The notes under the pieces: model-generated
The model's input: the letters and a program-made list of their open reading frames with translations, nothing else
The model's database searches: none
What the model was told of the DNA's origin: nothing
Part shown: positions 12,651-27,540 of the stretch, piece after piece
Layout: the number at the start of each line of letters is the position of its first letter
Position numbering within the stretch: position 1 is the stretch's first letter
From: Setoptus koraiensis
Taxonomy: Eukaryota > Animalia > Arthropoda
Length of the DNA stretch: 64,000 bases
NCBI GenBank assembly: GCA_048013815.1
Contig: CM106585.1
Coordinates: forward strand, 16,740,001-16,804,000
Direction: 5' to 3'
Position numbers and translations under genes: made by a program

Positions 12651-15600
12651 TATGTTACATGTGACTCGCGCTCAATCAAACCGGCGTCATCGCGACTCGC
12701 CAGAGCTGTGGACATGCGGACAATTAGATGACAATTTATTTATATACACTTTGCCGGGCAAAGTTTGTAAATGTTGCGTTGGCGCGCCGTCTGTCGGGCA
12801 CGGCATCGCAGTGCACGCAACCACTCGGGTCGCCGATAAATGTCGCACGAGGGGCCCGCGCTATCAGTCCATCTATCGTGCTGTCTATCGCTACACATTG
12901 GCACCGTTATTACGTATATCTATTATTACGCCATTATATCTGGCGTTGATATTCTCTCTTTATTATGGGGGCATATTCATTTCTATATTTGTCTATTTAT
13001 GTTCATTTATGTCCATTTTTGCCCGCATTGGCGAGCGTGCAGCGTGCGAAATACGCGCCGTATATATTGCAATATGCCGTACATTACCGACCCGGTCATG
13101 TATGCGGCACATTTTGCAATAAATAGCGCGCGTATATTGGTTTGGCATTGCGTTCGGTGCGGCGCACAAATGCGCTGGCCGAGCCGCACCGATGCGCACG
13201 CCGCCAGGGGACGCAATTTGCCAGAATGCGCCCGTGTACGTGCAAACCGGGCGCTATGCATATTGCTGCGGTATACGCCGCTATGCACCGACCTAACCGC
13301 TATGCACCGACGTTTACCGCCATGCACCGACGTTTACCGCCATGCACCGACGTATGTGTACCGAGGGGCGCTATCTATGGCTCATATAGGAAATGGGACA
13401 GTGAATTAAATTGAGGCGCCACTTTGAATATATTGCCGGGCCGGGCCGGGCCGGCCGCTATCGCTAGCGCCGCATCTCGTTGTGCGCCATGTCAATAATG
13501 TAGCCGCTCTAATAAGTTATTTGTTTTGGCCGGCAACAACGACGGCCGCTCGTCAACTTGTAACTGCCGGCCGCGACCGTCCAGTACCCCATGTCCGCTG
13601 TCCACCGTCCGAGCGAGAGCACAAACAACAGGCGCGCGAGCGTTACCCGAGCAGTTGTCGGGCAAATAGTTGCGTAACGCTGGCTTGTTTGCTCACGCTG
13701 TAGTGGCCAGTTGCAAAGTTACACGAACAATATTGTTGTTGCTGTTGTTGTTGTTGCTGTTGTTATTGAATTGTTGTTTATCAGCCGCTATCATCGCCAT
13801 GTCGCCGCTCATCAATATGCCTCGTGCATTTAATAACATGGAACCGTTATGGGCGCACCGTTAGTGACGCACGGGCCACACTAAATGTCACATCGGGCCA
13901 AAACAATTGCAAACACGAGCTGCCAGCAACCTGCTACATCGGTCAGCGCCGTTACCGGGCGCCCGACTGTCACTGGACACTGCGGCCAGCGGACACTGCG
14001 GCCAGCGGACCGATGACGGTGCCGATAAGGAGCCGGCCGCAAGAAGGGGCCCCAAGTCGCCACTGGGGCCCGGCTCGTGGCGTCAAAGAGCAATTGCGCG
14101 CCAGCGCCAGACGCGCAAGACGTTGCGGGCGGCAAAAGTCGCACAAGCTAGCTTAATGCACTGCGCCCACTAAGCCGCCATCGGGTCTGGCCGGCGATCA
14201 ATCGTAAATCAGTTCATATTAAATAAGCGAGTGACAACGAATTAAACCACTGGCCGGCGGCACGTGATGGGCCCGACGCGGGCCGCGCCAGTGTGCGGCT
14301 GCACCTACGGGCAGCGCGCCGATCGCGGCCAGCGCGGCCGGGCCAGCGACCGACCGACAGCGACCGACCGACAGCGACCGACCGACAGCAGGCGACAGTG
14401 ACAGATAGTGCACGGATAATAGACATGACGCGGCACAGCGCGGCCGTTTGGCCAGATAAGAGAACGTGCCCCAATGAAGCGAACGAGCGGCCGACCGCAC
14501 GACCGCCTAACTAACTTGGACCCAACCGAAAAACCTACCCACTGACAGCCAAATAAAGTCAGTTGAAGGCGGGGGCCAGTGGGGCCGGCGGCCGCCAGAA
14601 GCTGACGACAAAAGCAGCAGATATAAAATATAAATAAAATAAGCGAGCGCCTCATATATATAAATATAAACAAGTTTGTTGGTTGCGCAATAGGCGCGGG
14701 GGCGCCGTCACTTTGACACTTGGCGCAGTTGCGACATTCTTTGCCGCAACTCGCGTCCGCTGCCTGAAGTTCTGGCAGTGAGACTCGGCGCCGCAATTTT
14801 ATTTTCGCGCTGCTCACGTTTTTTGCGCCCCACACAAAGGAGCGATCCGATCGTGAGGCCCGAGCCGAGCGCTGCGGCCCCTTTTTTCGAGCGCTGGGGC
14901 CCCTTTTTTCGAGCTGCGCTCGGCCCAACGCAACAACAAATCTTTGCACAAAAGATTAGCAGAAACTGAGTGTTTGTGTGTGTTTTGGGCACAGCACAGC
15001 ACACGAACAGCACAGGACAGCGAGGGGCGAGGGGCTGAACAGAAAAACTATTAACGATCGCGGCGCACAGAAAGCGCGCGGGCCCCAGTCAGCCAATTGA
15101 TGAATGGCCGTCGGTAATAGCAGTTGTAATCCAATACTGAAACATGCCAACTTGTCTGCAGATCATTGTATGCAAATCATGGCAGCGGGGCCATTGACGG
15201 GCCGGCACAACGGAGCAACTTGATTTCGATGGGCACACAGCGCCATTGAAGCGCCATCGGAGCACCATTGAGGCGCCAGCCCAAAACGTATCAAATCCGG
15301 CGCTCGGCGGAGTTCTTTTCGGTTCGGGCGGTTCTCTGTGACGCACACAAGACTCGCATCGACGGGGTCTTATGCAGCGTCGTCGCGCCGCCAGACAGCG
15401 AGATAATCACAGCAACATTGGCAACATTGCACCGTTGGCTGGCCCCACGAACATGGGGCCAGCGGCAGCAGCGACAACAACGGCAACAACAACAGCGACA
15501 GCAGCGACAACAACAACAGCGACAACAACAACGATATAGACGCCAACAAAGAACAACAAACGATTGCGTCATAAGCTGGCTGCTGCAGCAACTTGATTTC

Positions 15601-18600
15601 TCTCGAGAATTGTCGCCCGTTCTCCGGCGCTCGGTGCACTATGCGCAGTGCATTGCCGCTTGCGCGGGGCCCCCATATATATTCATGTGCCGGGCCTGTG
15701 TTACATAATACAAACACATCCAGCGACAAACTCATATCGACGACAATAATGCGCCGATGACACACAAATTGTCTGCCGATGCAACGGCGCCGTCCCGCTC
15801 GCGCGCCGCACGCCAAGCCCGGCGGCCCGGCTGGCGGGGGCGAGCCCGGCGATGTTGCTGTTGTTGTTGTTGCTGTTGTTGTCCAATGCGACATACAGAC
15901 ATCTTCGGCCGGCGGACGTGGGGCCTGTGTGGGCGCCGCGGCTTTGCGGCGACAATGTAATCCATCATCGCAAAAGACTGGGCGCTGCGGGGGCACGGCA
16001 GCGCGCAGTCAGGAGCCCCCGTTCAATTGGCGAGTTTCGCCAGTCGTCGATATGAGAGGCCCTGTGTTCGCCCAACAGCGCCCTCTAAACCTGTCTCCAC
16101 TGCAGCTCGGCCCGCCGAGGGCCGCCACTGCTGCACCACTGCTGCACCACTGCTGCACCACTTTGCACCGCTCTGCACCACTCTGCACCACTAGTGGCCA
16201 ACAGTGACAACGCGCGGCCAGCCAAAGGCGGACAAGTGACTCGATTTTTTCAATTCGAGCGCACCCCGTCCTCCATCCATCATTTGTGTGCGGGGCTCTC
16301 ATCAAAATCGTCGTCGCCCTCCCCCCTCCCCATCGGAGCGGTCATAATGCCCATCACAGTCGTCATCGGGCCTCTCATGATCAGAGTCGAGTGATCGTCG
16401 GCGATGGCGACCCGCCGGCATGCCGACAGCCGCCAATCGGCACATCGTTGACGGGTCAAGCGGCGGCGGTGCCCCAGTTTTGTGCGCATGTTTGCGCCGG
16501 CCAGTGCGTTTGTATCGTTTTCGAGTTTGACTATGAGTCGGCACAGCCGCTGGCGAGCACTTGTTGATGGCACAACAATGGTCAACAGCAACAGCAACAA
16601 CAACAACAGCGGCAGCAGCAACAACAACAACAACAGCAGCAACAACAGCTACAACAACAAGTAACAGCAAGCTGCCACAAGCGTCAACAATGCAACAACA
16701 ACATCGTGTAACAATGAGCAGTGTGATCACTTGACCGGAAGCGACGTTGTGCCACTGCTAGTGAAACGGAACGGGTGATTAATTGTGGCCGGCAGCCACT
16801 GGCTGGCCGGAGTTGTGTAAATAAAGTATATTTTGCACAAAACTTTTGCACAAACTTTTGGCAGTCACTACTCGCTGACGCGATAGTTGATATTTGAATT
16901 GATTGTTACATAATGCACGCATGGCCGTAATGGCGTCATTGCTTTTCATTGCTTCTTTTCATTATTCATCGGGTGAGTGTGTGTGTGTGTGTGCCAGTGA
17001 GCCGGCCATTGATGGCATGAATTTCATAGTCTCATTTCGGCGGGCGCCCCACAATGAGCGGCACGAGCTAAGAGGCAAATTAGTGCACGATTGAGTGCAT
17101 AGTGGCTCCATATATCATGCAATGGTAATCGTATTTAGAGTGTGTGTGTCTCTCTCTAATTATCATCAGATAATGATCATCATAATGCATGATTCATGGC
17201 CCCATTAATGGATCCATGAATTGCGCATCGGGGCCCCTCACACTGTGCGTCTCATATACCGTACATACGTATATGATGTGCGCACGAGTTATATTTCACT
17301 CTCACAGCGCGCGCAAGATGACGCAAGACGAGCGGGCGGTGCACAGGGCGGCCGGCACAGTCGGCACAGCGTTGGTCAGTGCGACACAATGGCAAATTCA
17401 CCGTTATTTGCAAAATTCGCCGCTGTCCGGCATATTCGCCCCCACTCCGTCCGCTACTCGGCATCTTGGCGAGTTGTATGGGTGACTTGTGTGGGCATCT
17501 TGTCCGGCCAACGGGCCGCCGACAAGCGCCCGAGCGCCCGACGAGCGCCCGAGCGCCGCACGGAACGCGTCCGTCGGCGGCCAACTAACGGGGAATTTAA
17601 CGGCGATGGGGCCCGCTGACTGTTGAATAAGGTTCGGCCGGCTGTCATGGTCGAGTTTGGAGCATTATCTCGATCCGATGGAGTGTGTGTCGCGACTGCC
17701 GGCGACAACTGATAACGCGCGTCGCGCGCTGGCAAAAGTGCAGCGAAACGACAACGACTCAAAAATGGCGAGCGGTGATAGAGTCACGCTTGATTAGGCC
17801 CCACTAAGCGTTTTGCTTTTATCAATGAGCGACTCCGCACTGGGGCTCCGGCTCTGGCGAACGTTGCGCAATCGGGCCACTTTGCCGGGGCGGCCCGAGG
17901 CGGCCCCGGTCGGCGCGCACCGACGGATAATGTAACGGCGCATACATAATGCCGGCTTGCTGGAAATTGTTGTGCGATAGTGCGCACTATTCACCGATGA
18001 ATAGTGCTGCTCACTTATCGTATGCTCATATAATATGTGACATGTATTCAACGTGCCCGACTCGTCGGATATCGCAGCAGCCGGAATAGATTGGCCGGCC
18101 GGAACAATGAGGCGCTCGGCGCGAGCCCGAATGACATTGAGCGATGGCGGGAGCGTGCCAATCAATCTGGCCCTCGGCTGGCCACGGCGCGAGCGACGGG
18201 CCGGCCCGGCGGCGGCGAGCGGAGCGTTTTTTAAAGTTGCAGCCAGTTTAAGCGCGCCCCGTCACAGCCAGACAAAGCCAAAATAGTGGCCACACTGTCG
18301 ACTAGCCGATATCAGACTAGCCGATATCAGTTTTGTGTTAGACGCGGGGCCCGCTAACGATGGCGCCGCCGCGTCAGCGTCGGATGATTAATCAAGGCTA
18401 ACAAACGAGGCACAAACAAGGTGAGTTGCTCAAGTTGCCGTTCAATAGCGCCGAAATTAATGAACCAAATATAGCTCCGATATGCACCGACGTGCAGACA
18501 TAATGTGCCCTTGCATATTGCCCGTCCGCACCGCTCGCCGCTTCCCGTTTTCTGGCTCGCCGGAGGGGCCCCACTGGCTCGCTGGGGCCCCACTGGCTCG

Positions 18601-21600
18601 CTGGGGCCCGCTGGCCTGATTGGGCCCGGATTGATTTAATTCGCCAGCGAGCAAGATTGATGGAGGGGCGCCAATTTCAAATGTGCAGCGCCCGCCATCC
18701 CACACACTGGCCCCCAGACAGCAAGGGGCGCTGCCACGTTGTTGGCATCTGATAACGTCGTCGCTGCAAGATTGCGAGATCGGGAGTCGTCTGGCGGCGC
18801 GTCCGGCGTCAGTTTGATGATTTAACTCATCAAATGATTTATTACATAACTGCGAGTTGTGGCACATCGACGGCGGCACGACGGCGACACAACAGACACT
18901 GCGGCGCACGACGCCGGCCACGGGCACTGGGGCGCCGTTGTTGTAGTCGCGCCCCTCCATTGTTGTAGCGATGCAAGTGACGATTGAGTCGCCGGCACGG
19001 GCCCGGCGCACTGAGAGAACTCGAGACGACGAGCCGGGCCGGATAAAGCGCGCTCGAGAGACGCGCGAACAAAGCGGACCAAGTGGAACGACAACGCGCA
19101 CAGGAAAAGAAGAATTTTGAGAATTCTCGGGCGAGTGCCCCAAAGAAGGGCACTCATTGCGAGCGGTGACACGGTGCCCGAAAAGTGTGAGCCCGAGACT
19201 GTGAGCAGCGGCCCGACAAGAGCGCCGGCCGACCGACCGGCGACCGGCGACGGGCAGCGGACACGCGACTCGCGCCCAATTTGGTTGTCATCGCCAATTT
19301 AATTTAGATTTAGTTGCCACGGGCCCGCTTTATATCTTCTTTTTATCTCTCTGACGTTTGCTCTGTTGTTGTGGGCCGATAAACTAACGGCGACTAACTG
19401 ACTCGCTCACTGTCCGTCCATTGATCGCGGGCCCCAAAAAATAGAGCCACTCGGTAATAGCGCGCAGCGCCATATATTACTATTGTGACTCGGTGTTATT
19501 TGGCGCCGCCGTTGTTGTTGTTGTCGTTGTCTCCGTTGTTGTTGCTGTTGTTGTTGTCGCTGTTGTCGTTGTCGCTGTTGTCGTTGTTGTCAAACAATGA
19601 CATAACTCATTGAGCGCCCCTCGCACTCACTCATACACCGATGGCGTGTTTCGCACAATAAATTAAACGACTCGCCAGCGCCTCAACTGCGTGCGGCTCA
19701 TCGGGCCGATCGCGGCCGTCGTGGCGGCTTTGAATTGTTGAATTTGGCCAAAATTATTTCGGCCTCTGAGCGCGGGTCGCCGGCGACCCGACCGGGCGCA
19801 AAAGCGGCACAGGGCCCACGTTGGCCGCGAACAGTTGGCGGGCCGGCTCGATGAGCCCGCCAGCAGCGGATCAATTTTGTTGTGTCGTCCGCGACCGACG
19901 GCCCGGCTGATTGCGACAAACCGATGGACAGAACCGCTGTGCCAAAGTCATAAACGGCGCCATCGGGCAGCGTATGCAAAACGCATTATCCCCCGTAGGC
20001 CGTTATAAACAAACAAAGTAATGTTATTATTGCCGTTGATGGCCGTGCAAGTGTAGCATTGTTTTAATCCAACGGATGCCGCGCGGATCGACGCTGCGGC
20101 CTGCGGAGCCGCTCAAAGGTTCCGCGCGGGTCTGTCCGCGCGGAAGGCACCGCGACCGGCCCGTCCAAATTAGATTAAATTGGATACCGGGCCGCGCCGT
20201 TGTTTGTTGGCATGTTTATCGCCGGTTTATCGGCATAACTAGGCCACAATGAGCGACCGTAATGAGTGGCGACGGAAGCTTTGTTGTTGTTGTTGTTGTT
20301 GCTATCTGTTTAATTGTTGCCATTTGATGTGTTGTCAGCGCCGCTATTTCTGACGCTAATTCTGGCCTGTTTCAAAGCCATTTCGAAGCGATTTGGATTT
20401 GTCGGAGTGGGCCGCCGATCACCAGTTGCGAGCGGCGGCGGCGCCGCTTGCCGCTGAGCGCTCGCAACTGGCAGTTGCAAACGAATCGTAAAAGTCAAAA
20501 GTCAGAAGTGAAACGAGTCTTGTCAAATTATCCGTTGCAAAATAAACATCACAAAGGACACAACACAACACAACAGCAGCAGCGGCAGCGCAACAGTGCA
20601 GCGGATTACGCAACAACAAACGACAAACAGCGAAGGCAAACAACATTTGGCATGATTTGACAGTGAAATTGTTTTCGTTGTTGCGCTCATTTGGCTCATG
20701 TCGCTCATTTGATTTCATTTGCACGTTTGTATCTGTTCAATTCATCTGAACAGCCGGCCCGATGTGCGACGAGAATGAAATGAAAAACGATGGGCGAATA
20801 AATGATTAAATGGTGAAAAACACGCCAAACGGATTACTCTCACTCAATTCGCCGTGACTAATCTGGCCGCCAGTATCCATTGTGAACCACGCAGCCAGTG
20901 ATCTCTCATTATCTCAGATAATTTATCTGTCGGCCATGTTGTCTGGCTGTCGGCGACAACCGACAGAATCTCGTCTCTGGCCGGCACCACGATTGCGAGG
21001 CACACTTGTCTCTCGCCAGGGGGACACCGTCCTGGGATTTTCTCGGGCAAAATCGGGCGCGTTTGGGCGAAACCGGGCGCGTTCGGGCGAAATCGAGACG
21101 ACCGATCGACGCTTTGCAACAAGTGCCGGCACAGAATTATGCGCACCATAAATCAGTTATAAATCCGGGCAACGTGCACTCGGCGTGCAACTCGACCGGC
21201 GAGTCAGTCTCGGCGACTCGGTCTCGGCGAGTCGGCGCTTAGTGCGGGGCCCCTCGGCGGCCCGCTAATCGCTGCTCGCTCCAAATAAAACTGTCATGGC
21301 GACGCATGGAGCACGCTCAATGTCGTCGTGCAAATTGCGCAACAGCGCCAAACAGTGCCAAACGCTGTTGGCTGGCCCAGTTAGCTGGCGGCCTCGATCG
21401 GCAGCAATTAGTGGCTAACAATAAAACAAATTTAGTTCAGATTAGCGGCGCTGGCGGCGCGCAAAGTTGTCACTGGATCAATCAGATTTGCCTTTGCGAC
21501 ACAAATTTACGCTTTTACAATCACCTTTGTCGCGTCTAACCTGTAGCTGCTGCCGCCGCCCAACAAGCTGGCGACTCGTTGGGCGCCCCCTCTGTCGAAG

Positions 21601-24600
21601 CGATCGCAAAACAAACAACAAGCGGCCGGCAACGCAAACACGGCCGCTGGTCAGAGGTCCCCTCGATCGAAACAACATGAACACACAAAATGGTGCGCGC
21701 TCTGGCCGGTTCCCATGGCTGGCTCCGTTGGCAGCATCGCCGCTGGTTACGTAATAGTTGCTGGCGTTGCTGCTGCTGGCGTTGCTGTTGTTGCTGCCGC
21801 TGTTGTCACAGTTCGCGTCGCCTAAGCAACCGGAAGATATCCGGTTGGCTGGTCGGTAACTAGCGCGATAAACAAAGAGCTGCTGCCGGTTGCTGGCAAC
21901 GGCCGGCAAATACACACGCCGAGCGTGCCAAAATTATGAGTAATGCGAGCGACTTGAGGACATTATTATTATTATTGTTGTCGTTGTTGTTGTTGTTATG
22001 TAAGAGCGAATGAAAAATAATGAAAGCAAATTTTGTTTGCTGCGCCCAACTGACAGCGGACTCTCTCTGACAGAGCCCCTCTGGCGGGCTGTCAGTGCGG
22101 CGCTGGCCGGGCCGCTTTTCTCACAGCCGTTGTTGCGCTGGCACAATGCGATAACAACCCCGTGATAAAATGACCCCAGCGCGCTGGACACTGTGAAACG
22201 ATGAGCGATTGCCAGCGAGCAAAATAACGGCATCTACACGACACGACAATATTAAACACGCTGGCACACACACACACACATATTGCCATTTATTGCACGT
22301 TACGTAATCGTCGGTCGGCCGCCCGAACCGGACCGGCCAGCGCCACGGGCAGCGCGACTCGCGGTCCGCGAGGTTCCCAGCGCCAGCGGCCAACAACAAC
22401 AGCAACAACAGCAACGGCGGCATCGGCGGCATCGGCGACATCGGCGACATCGGCGACAACAAGAGCAACGCCAACGACAACAGCAACAACAACGACAAGA
22501 GCAACGGCGCCACCAATTCAGTGGCACGCGCGGCAGGAGGCGTGACGCGCGCGATCACTGAACCGGAACCCGGCGGCTGGCTGGCCGCGCTGGCTCGGGA
22601 GCCGACCGCCGCAGGAGAGCGGCGTCAATTGGGCCTCACGGGGCCCGCTGGGGCTCAATTGTCGCGGCTGGCGGCTCGCTGGAGCAGAGCGCTTGACACG
22701 CCAGCTCCCATACGGCAACTGGCTACCCGAGTGGCGGCCCCAACAACCGGTTGAGGTTGTTCGGGGCCGCACCATGTGAGCTCATGGCGGCCAATCGATG
22801 GCGGAGCACTGTGCGGCACACAAACACAAACGTGCCAACCGTGCACGTTTGTGGCCAGCGTTTGGGGCCCAGCGGATCAAGGGCGACAGCAAGACACAGC
22901 CAGCATCGACAACACAAATCACAAAGCTCAATTGTCAATGTTAAGCCACGATGATGTGAATCTGGTCGCCGTTACTAACTGACTGACTTGCGCAACAACG
23001 TGCCACCATTGCCAATGTAACAGCGCAGCAAAATGCCACAAATGCACGCTATTAAATGGCCTGCACGCTGGCCTGGCACGTAACAACACGTGGCAGGCAG
23101 GCCGGCGGACGCTTTATTAGATTGATGACACGCGCGCAACCTCGGGCGCCCCCTGGCGGGGGCCCCCGGCGACAAAAGATAACGACCGACAAGCGACTGT
23201 GTCACCGCCGACGCAAATGTGGTGGCGTTGTTGTCGCAACTGGCGAGCGTCGCCGCAATTCTCAGGTGCGTTTTGCCGCGCCAAAAAACTTGCCACAGCC
23301 AAAACCAATGGGCACAATCTGCTCGTGACATAATGGCACATTTTGGCTAGCGAGCATATTTTATCCGATGCTGGCCGGCAAGTTTTAGTGCGCGAATGTG
23401 TCGCCCGTTGCGAGCGCCACAGCATTTGTTGAATGCTGCCGCCCTTCCCGACCGCTGTCCGCCCGAACGACCGGCGGCCGCATTCACCTGGGCAGGGCAC
23501 TGAACGAAACGACCAATGTGACAAACGCCCCCGCTGCTCGGAGCGGCGCAATGAAACCGGCGACAATGCTCCAATACCCGCGACAGTCGAAGCGGGGGCA
23601 CCCCCTTTCGCAGCGACAGAGCAAAAGGGTGAAAATTGCGCGCCCACTTAATTGTGCCGCACAGCAACCGGCTCGGTACATCTTGCCCTGGCTGATATCG
23701 GGCCAGTTTCAGCGGGGCCCGGGGCATCATTTTGGGGCCAACGAACTGTCGAGTCGGGCAGGCTGGGTAATGGCGCCAGCGAGCGAGAGTAATGGCATGT
23801 GATAAATTACAACTGCAATGGCGCCTCAGCTCGAGCGCCCTGTCTGCTGCAAAATTCGAGACATTGGGCCATTACGCGATTCGCGCGCTGTCGCACAACA
23901 GTGGCCAACTGGCACAGCAAAACGAACTGGAACTGGGGCCCCGGTTGCCACTCGCGTCTGGAGAAGCTTCTTTGTCACTAGCGACTTGTCACGGGCCCGC
24001 GACGGGCAAACAAATGAGGTGCACCGACGATTGAATTGTCGCTTTTCGTCCCTGGTCCGCGGACAGCGAGCAAGCCGCGGATAAACGACGGCGCGGATAA
24101 ACGACGGCGCGGCCAAACGGACAGCGGGCAGCCATTGTTTTGGGGTCCGACGGCGGCTCGCAATATCCAACGCGGTGTCACAATATCTCGCGCTGGCGCG
24201 TTTCGAGGTTCGCGGGCCCAACTCGACAGTAGGTATTTAGTGTATCGGTGTGACAATAATTGGTGTTCGTTTTGCGACCGCGGGCCGGCTATGATTAGTG
24301 CGACCGTATATGATGCAACGGGCACAAGATATGGCAGATCCATCTTGCTCCGCGCTGCAAAATGTGCTGCCGGGCACATATTACGCGGCACATATTACAC
24401 ATATACGGCGTATGATGGCGCATTATCCGGCTCATGATCCGGCGGCCCGTGATCCATATCTGCTCATACGGAGCGTGCCGCGCTGAAAGGTCCTATCGGG
24501 CTGCATCTGCGGCAATTGGGCCAGCGTAACAATCGGGCTAGTGGGGCCAACGAGCCCGACGGCCGCACAGTGTGTCGGCGGCACTTGCGGGCCCAGTGGG

Positions 24601-27267
24601 CCTCGCAGCCATCAGATAAGACACAATTCTCGTTGGGGCGCCCTAATCGGCTAGAGATTATATCGCCACACAGAGATACCAATCAGGCCGCGACTGATTG
24701 TGGTCAAGCGACGGTTATATGGCCCATTTCACCGGCGTGAGCTTGCTGGCGTCGGGCCGCGGCACGAGCAAAGCAGGCCGGAATTTAGCCGAGCGGGAGG
24801 TATTTATGGCACTAATACCTATCTCACGACGGGCTGCCACCGAAACGTCGGCCCAACGGTCGGCCCAACGATAATGGGCGCCCTCGGGCCGACCGTTGGG
24901 ACGGTGTGATTGTCACTTGTTATTGTGGTGTGGCCACTCGACGGCGACACTCGACAGCGCGATGCGACGCGACTCGACGCGGACGAGCGGCGAAACAGGG
25001 CCGCGCTGAGCCGTTCGTGTCCCAGTTGCCCCCTTTGCGGGCCCCAAACGGCAAACGGCCGAACGGCAAAAGGCTGAATGGCTGGCGGGGGCCAATAATG
25101 GTTAATGACACACAAAGTCAGTGGCGCCCACACAATCCCGTCCATTAACATGGTGCGGCCAGACAATGGCAGCCAGACAGCGACGGCAAGCCAGTGGTAG
25201 AGGGGCACGGGAAAATGGAGCCAAGTTCAAGGTCGGGCCGGTTGTGTCTGGCGAGCTGGCTCGCCATTGTGGTCGCCATTGTGGGTGCTTATTGTGTTCG
25301 CCCGAGGGTATTTGGCGGGCCGCAGCGGTGCTGCGTTGTGCTCATTTGATCCGCTCCGCTCCGATATGACCTGTTACAATCCGTTACAATCTGTTACTGG
25401 GACACCGCGCGACAATCCCACTTGACAACAATGAGAGGCACGGCTGTTCGGGCTGACACGCGAGCCGCCGTCCGCTCGAGAGTGTCGACGCTCGGGAACG
25501 CGGGGCCCGCTCGCGTGACGCGTCGCGGGCACCACTCTACACGGCAATGAGAGGCCACTTTTTGCCGCCGTGTTTGTGCGCCCTCTCTCCGGCTCGCTGG
25601 GGCACATTGGTCGGCTTGGCGGGTCGGTCTGTGCCAGCCGTCGGCGCAACTGGCCAAACTGTGCCACGACAGTTAGACGGCGTACACCAGCGTGCACCCC
25701 CATGACACGACACTGTGTCATAGGTGCACTGACGGTACTGTGCCGAGCGCCCTTGCGGGCGCTCATGTGCCGTGCGAGCACTCATGTGCCGTGCGTGCGG
25801 CAGCGAGCCGAGTGGAGCCCATCCATCTAGGTTGATATTAATGGCGGTGCCAGAGTTAAATGGTGCAGCGACGCCCCAAACGGTGCCCAATGGTAATTTG
25901 GTTGTTTGTCGGCGCGCGCCCGCGCGCGCGATTATTTTGCGCAGTTAGCGGCTCGGGGGGCCAAGGTTGGCGGCTTAGGTTGTCATGCCAACGGTGTAAG
26001 CCGCCAAATGGGCGACTCGCGGCCAGCGAGCGGGCGCCACAACGCGCGACACACCATGACGATGATGTATATGCATGTATTAGCGATATGATAGATATTT
26101 GTCGTTGTCGCTGTTGTTGTCGGTGGCTCGGTTGTCGCTGTTGGCGCTGGCTCGGTTGTTGTCGCGGTTGTTGTCGTTGCGGCGCTGCTGCTGCCGTTGC
26201 GCTGGCCTGCGTTCGTGCTGGCGAGCAAAAAATGGCCAGCATGAGATAAAGGCCCATTATAAAGCCTATAAAGTTGCGAGCGAACGTGTCTGCGTTATAT
26301 TTATGTTTATGTTTATCTGTCTGAGTGCCAGCCGATGAGCCGACCATCCGAGCGCCCGACTGCCCGACTAGCCGGCGACCGGCGAGACTTGAGCGGCCAG
26401 CGAGATCAAGTGATTGCGACCAGCTCGCCGCAAGCAGCGACTGGCTGGCGGGCTGACGGGCGGCGGGCTGACGGGCGGCCGGGCTGACGGGCGGCGAGCG
26501 GCGCCCAACGGCAGCAAAGTCTCGCCGACTGCTCGCTAACAAAGTTTGTAAGGTCAACAAACTCTGCGCGCTCGCCTCAACGCTAAATGCACGGTGCACC
26601 AGTCGTTATTGCGTAATAATAGGCGCCGTTGTTGCGGTTGCAGCATTGTGTTGTTCACGCATCGGGCCTGCTCAACAACAGCGACACTACATGGCGCGTT
26701 ATGTTTTTGCGTGAGCCACCATCAGTGCCAGCGTTGCCAGCGCCGCCGCCACCACCGATACCCATATAGCACCAATGTAGCAGCAACGTCGGCTAACTTG
26801 GCGAACGGTTACGCAACAGCGTTACGCTGGCACTTTGTGTGCCAGTTATGTAATACGGGAGCCTAATGATATTGCTCGCCATCATCTCGCCGCTATCTCA
26901 CACCAACTCAGCGGTGCAACAGCATAAAACACACACACTTATGTGTATACTTATGGGTCGATATGAATCGAATGGGCCAATCGACGCACGCTCATTTGGC
27001 CGATTGGGCCGATCGGCCGGAAGTGCCGGCCAATCGTGCCGCCGAAGGCTGCAGCGTGCGCTCCTGGCGGCTTGCGAGCGAGTTATGGTTCACTTGGTCG
27101 GCCCGGCGGCTCCCTGTTTCATCATGGCTGGCCAAACCATGTCAGAATTGGCCAGCGTGTGTTTATTTACACAGTCATTGGTCGTTGCCAGTGTTAGAGT
27201 GGCCGTGACAGGCGCAAAGGGCCCGACAGGCGCCCCGGCCAAAGACAAATCGAGGCTGCACCTTTGA

Positions 27268-27540
27268 GCACCGCAGTGAACCATGGTGCGCCGCACCGTG
27301 GACTCCATACTATGGAATCCATGCCGAACCATTGTGCACCGCTGTGCACCACAATGCAGCACAGCGCACCATAATACGCCACAATGCAGCACAGTGCACC
27401 ATAATACGCCACAATGGAGCATAATGCATCACAGTGCAGCGCTGCGCACCATAATACACCATAATGCAGCATAATGCACCACAGTGCAGCGCAACGCACC
27501 GTAATGCACCATGGTGCAGCGCTGTATGGCACCGTGGCAC
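27268..27540. repeat. Degenerate 10-bp-period minisatellite (gcaccataat/gcaccacagt/gcagcacagt)
   Basis: Direct reading. Confidence 0.85.

Noticed and set aside
20967-21005. Minus-strand peptide CLAIVVPARDE resembling a glycosyltransferase first beta-strand
   Set aside because: No DxD or other family motifs follow and there are no convincing splice sites.
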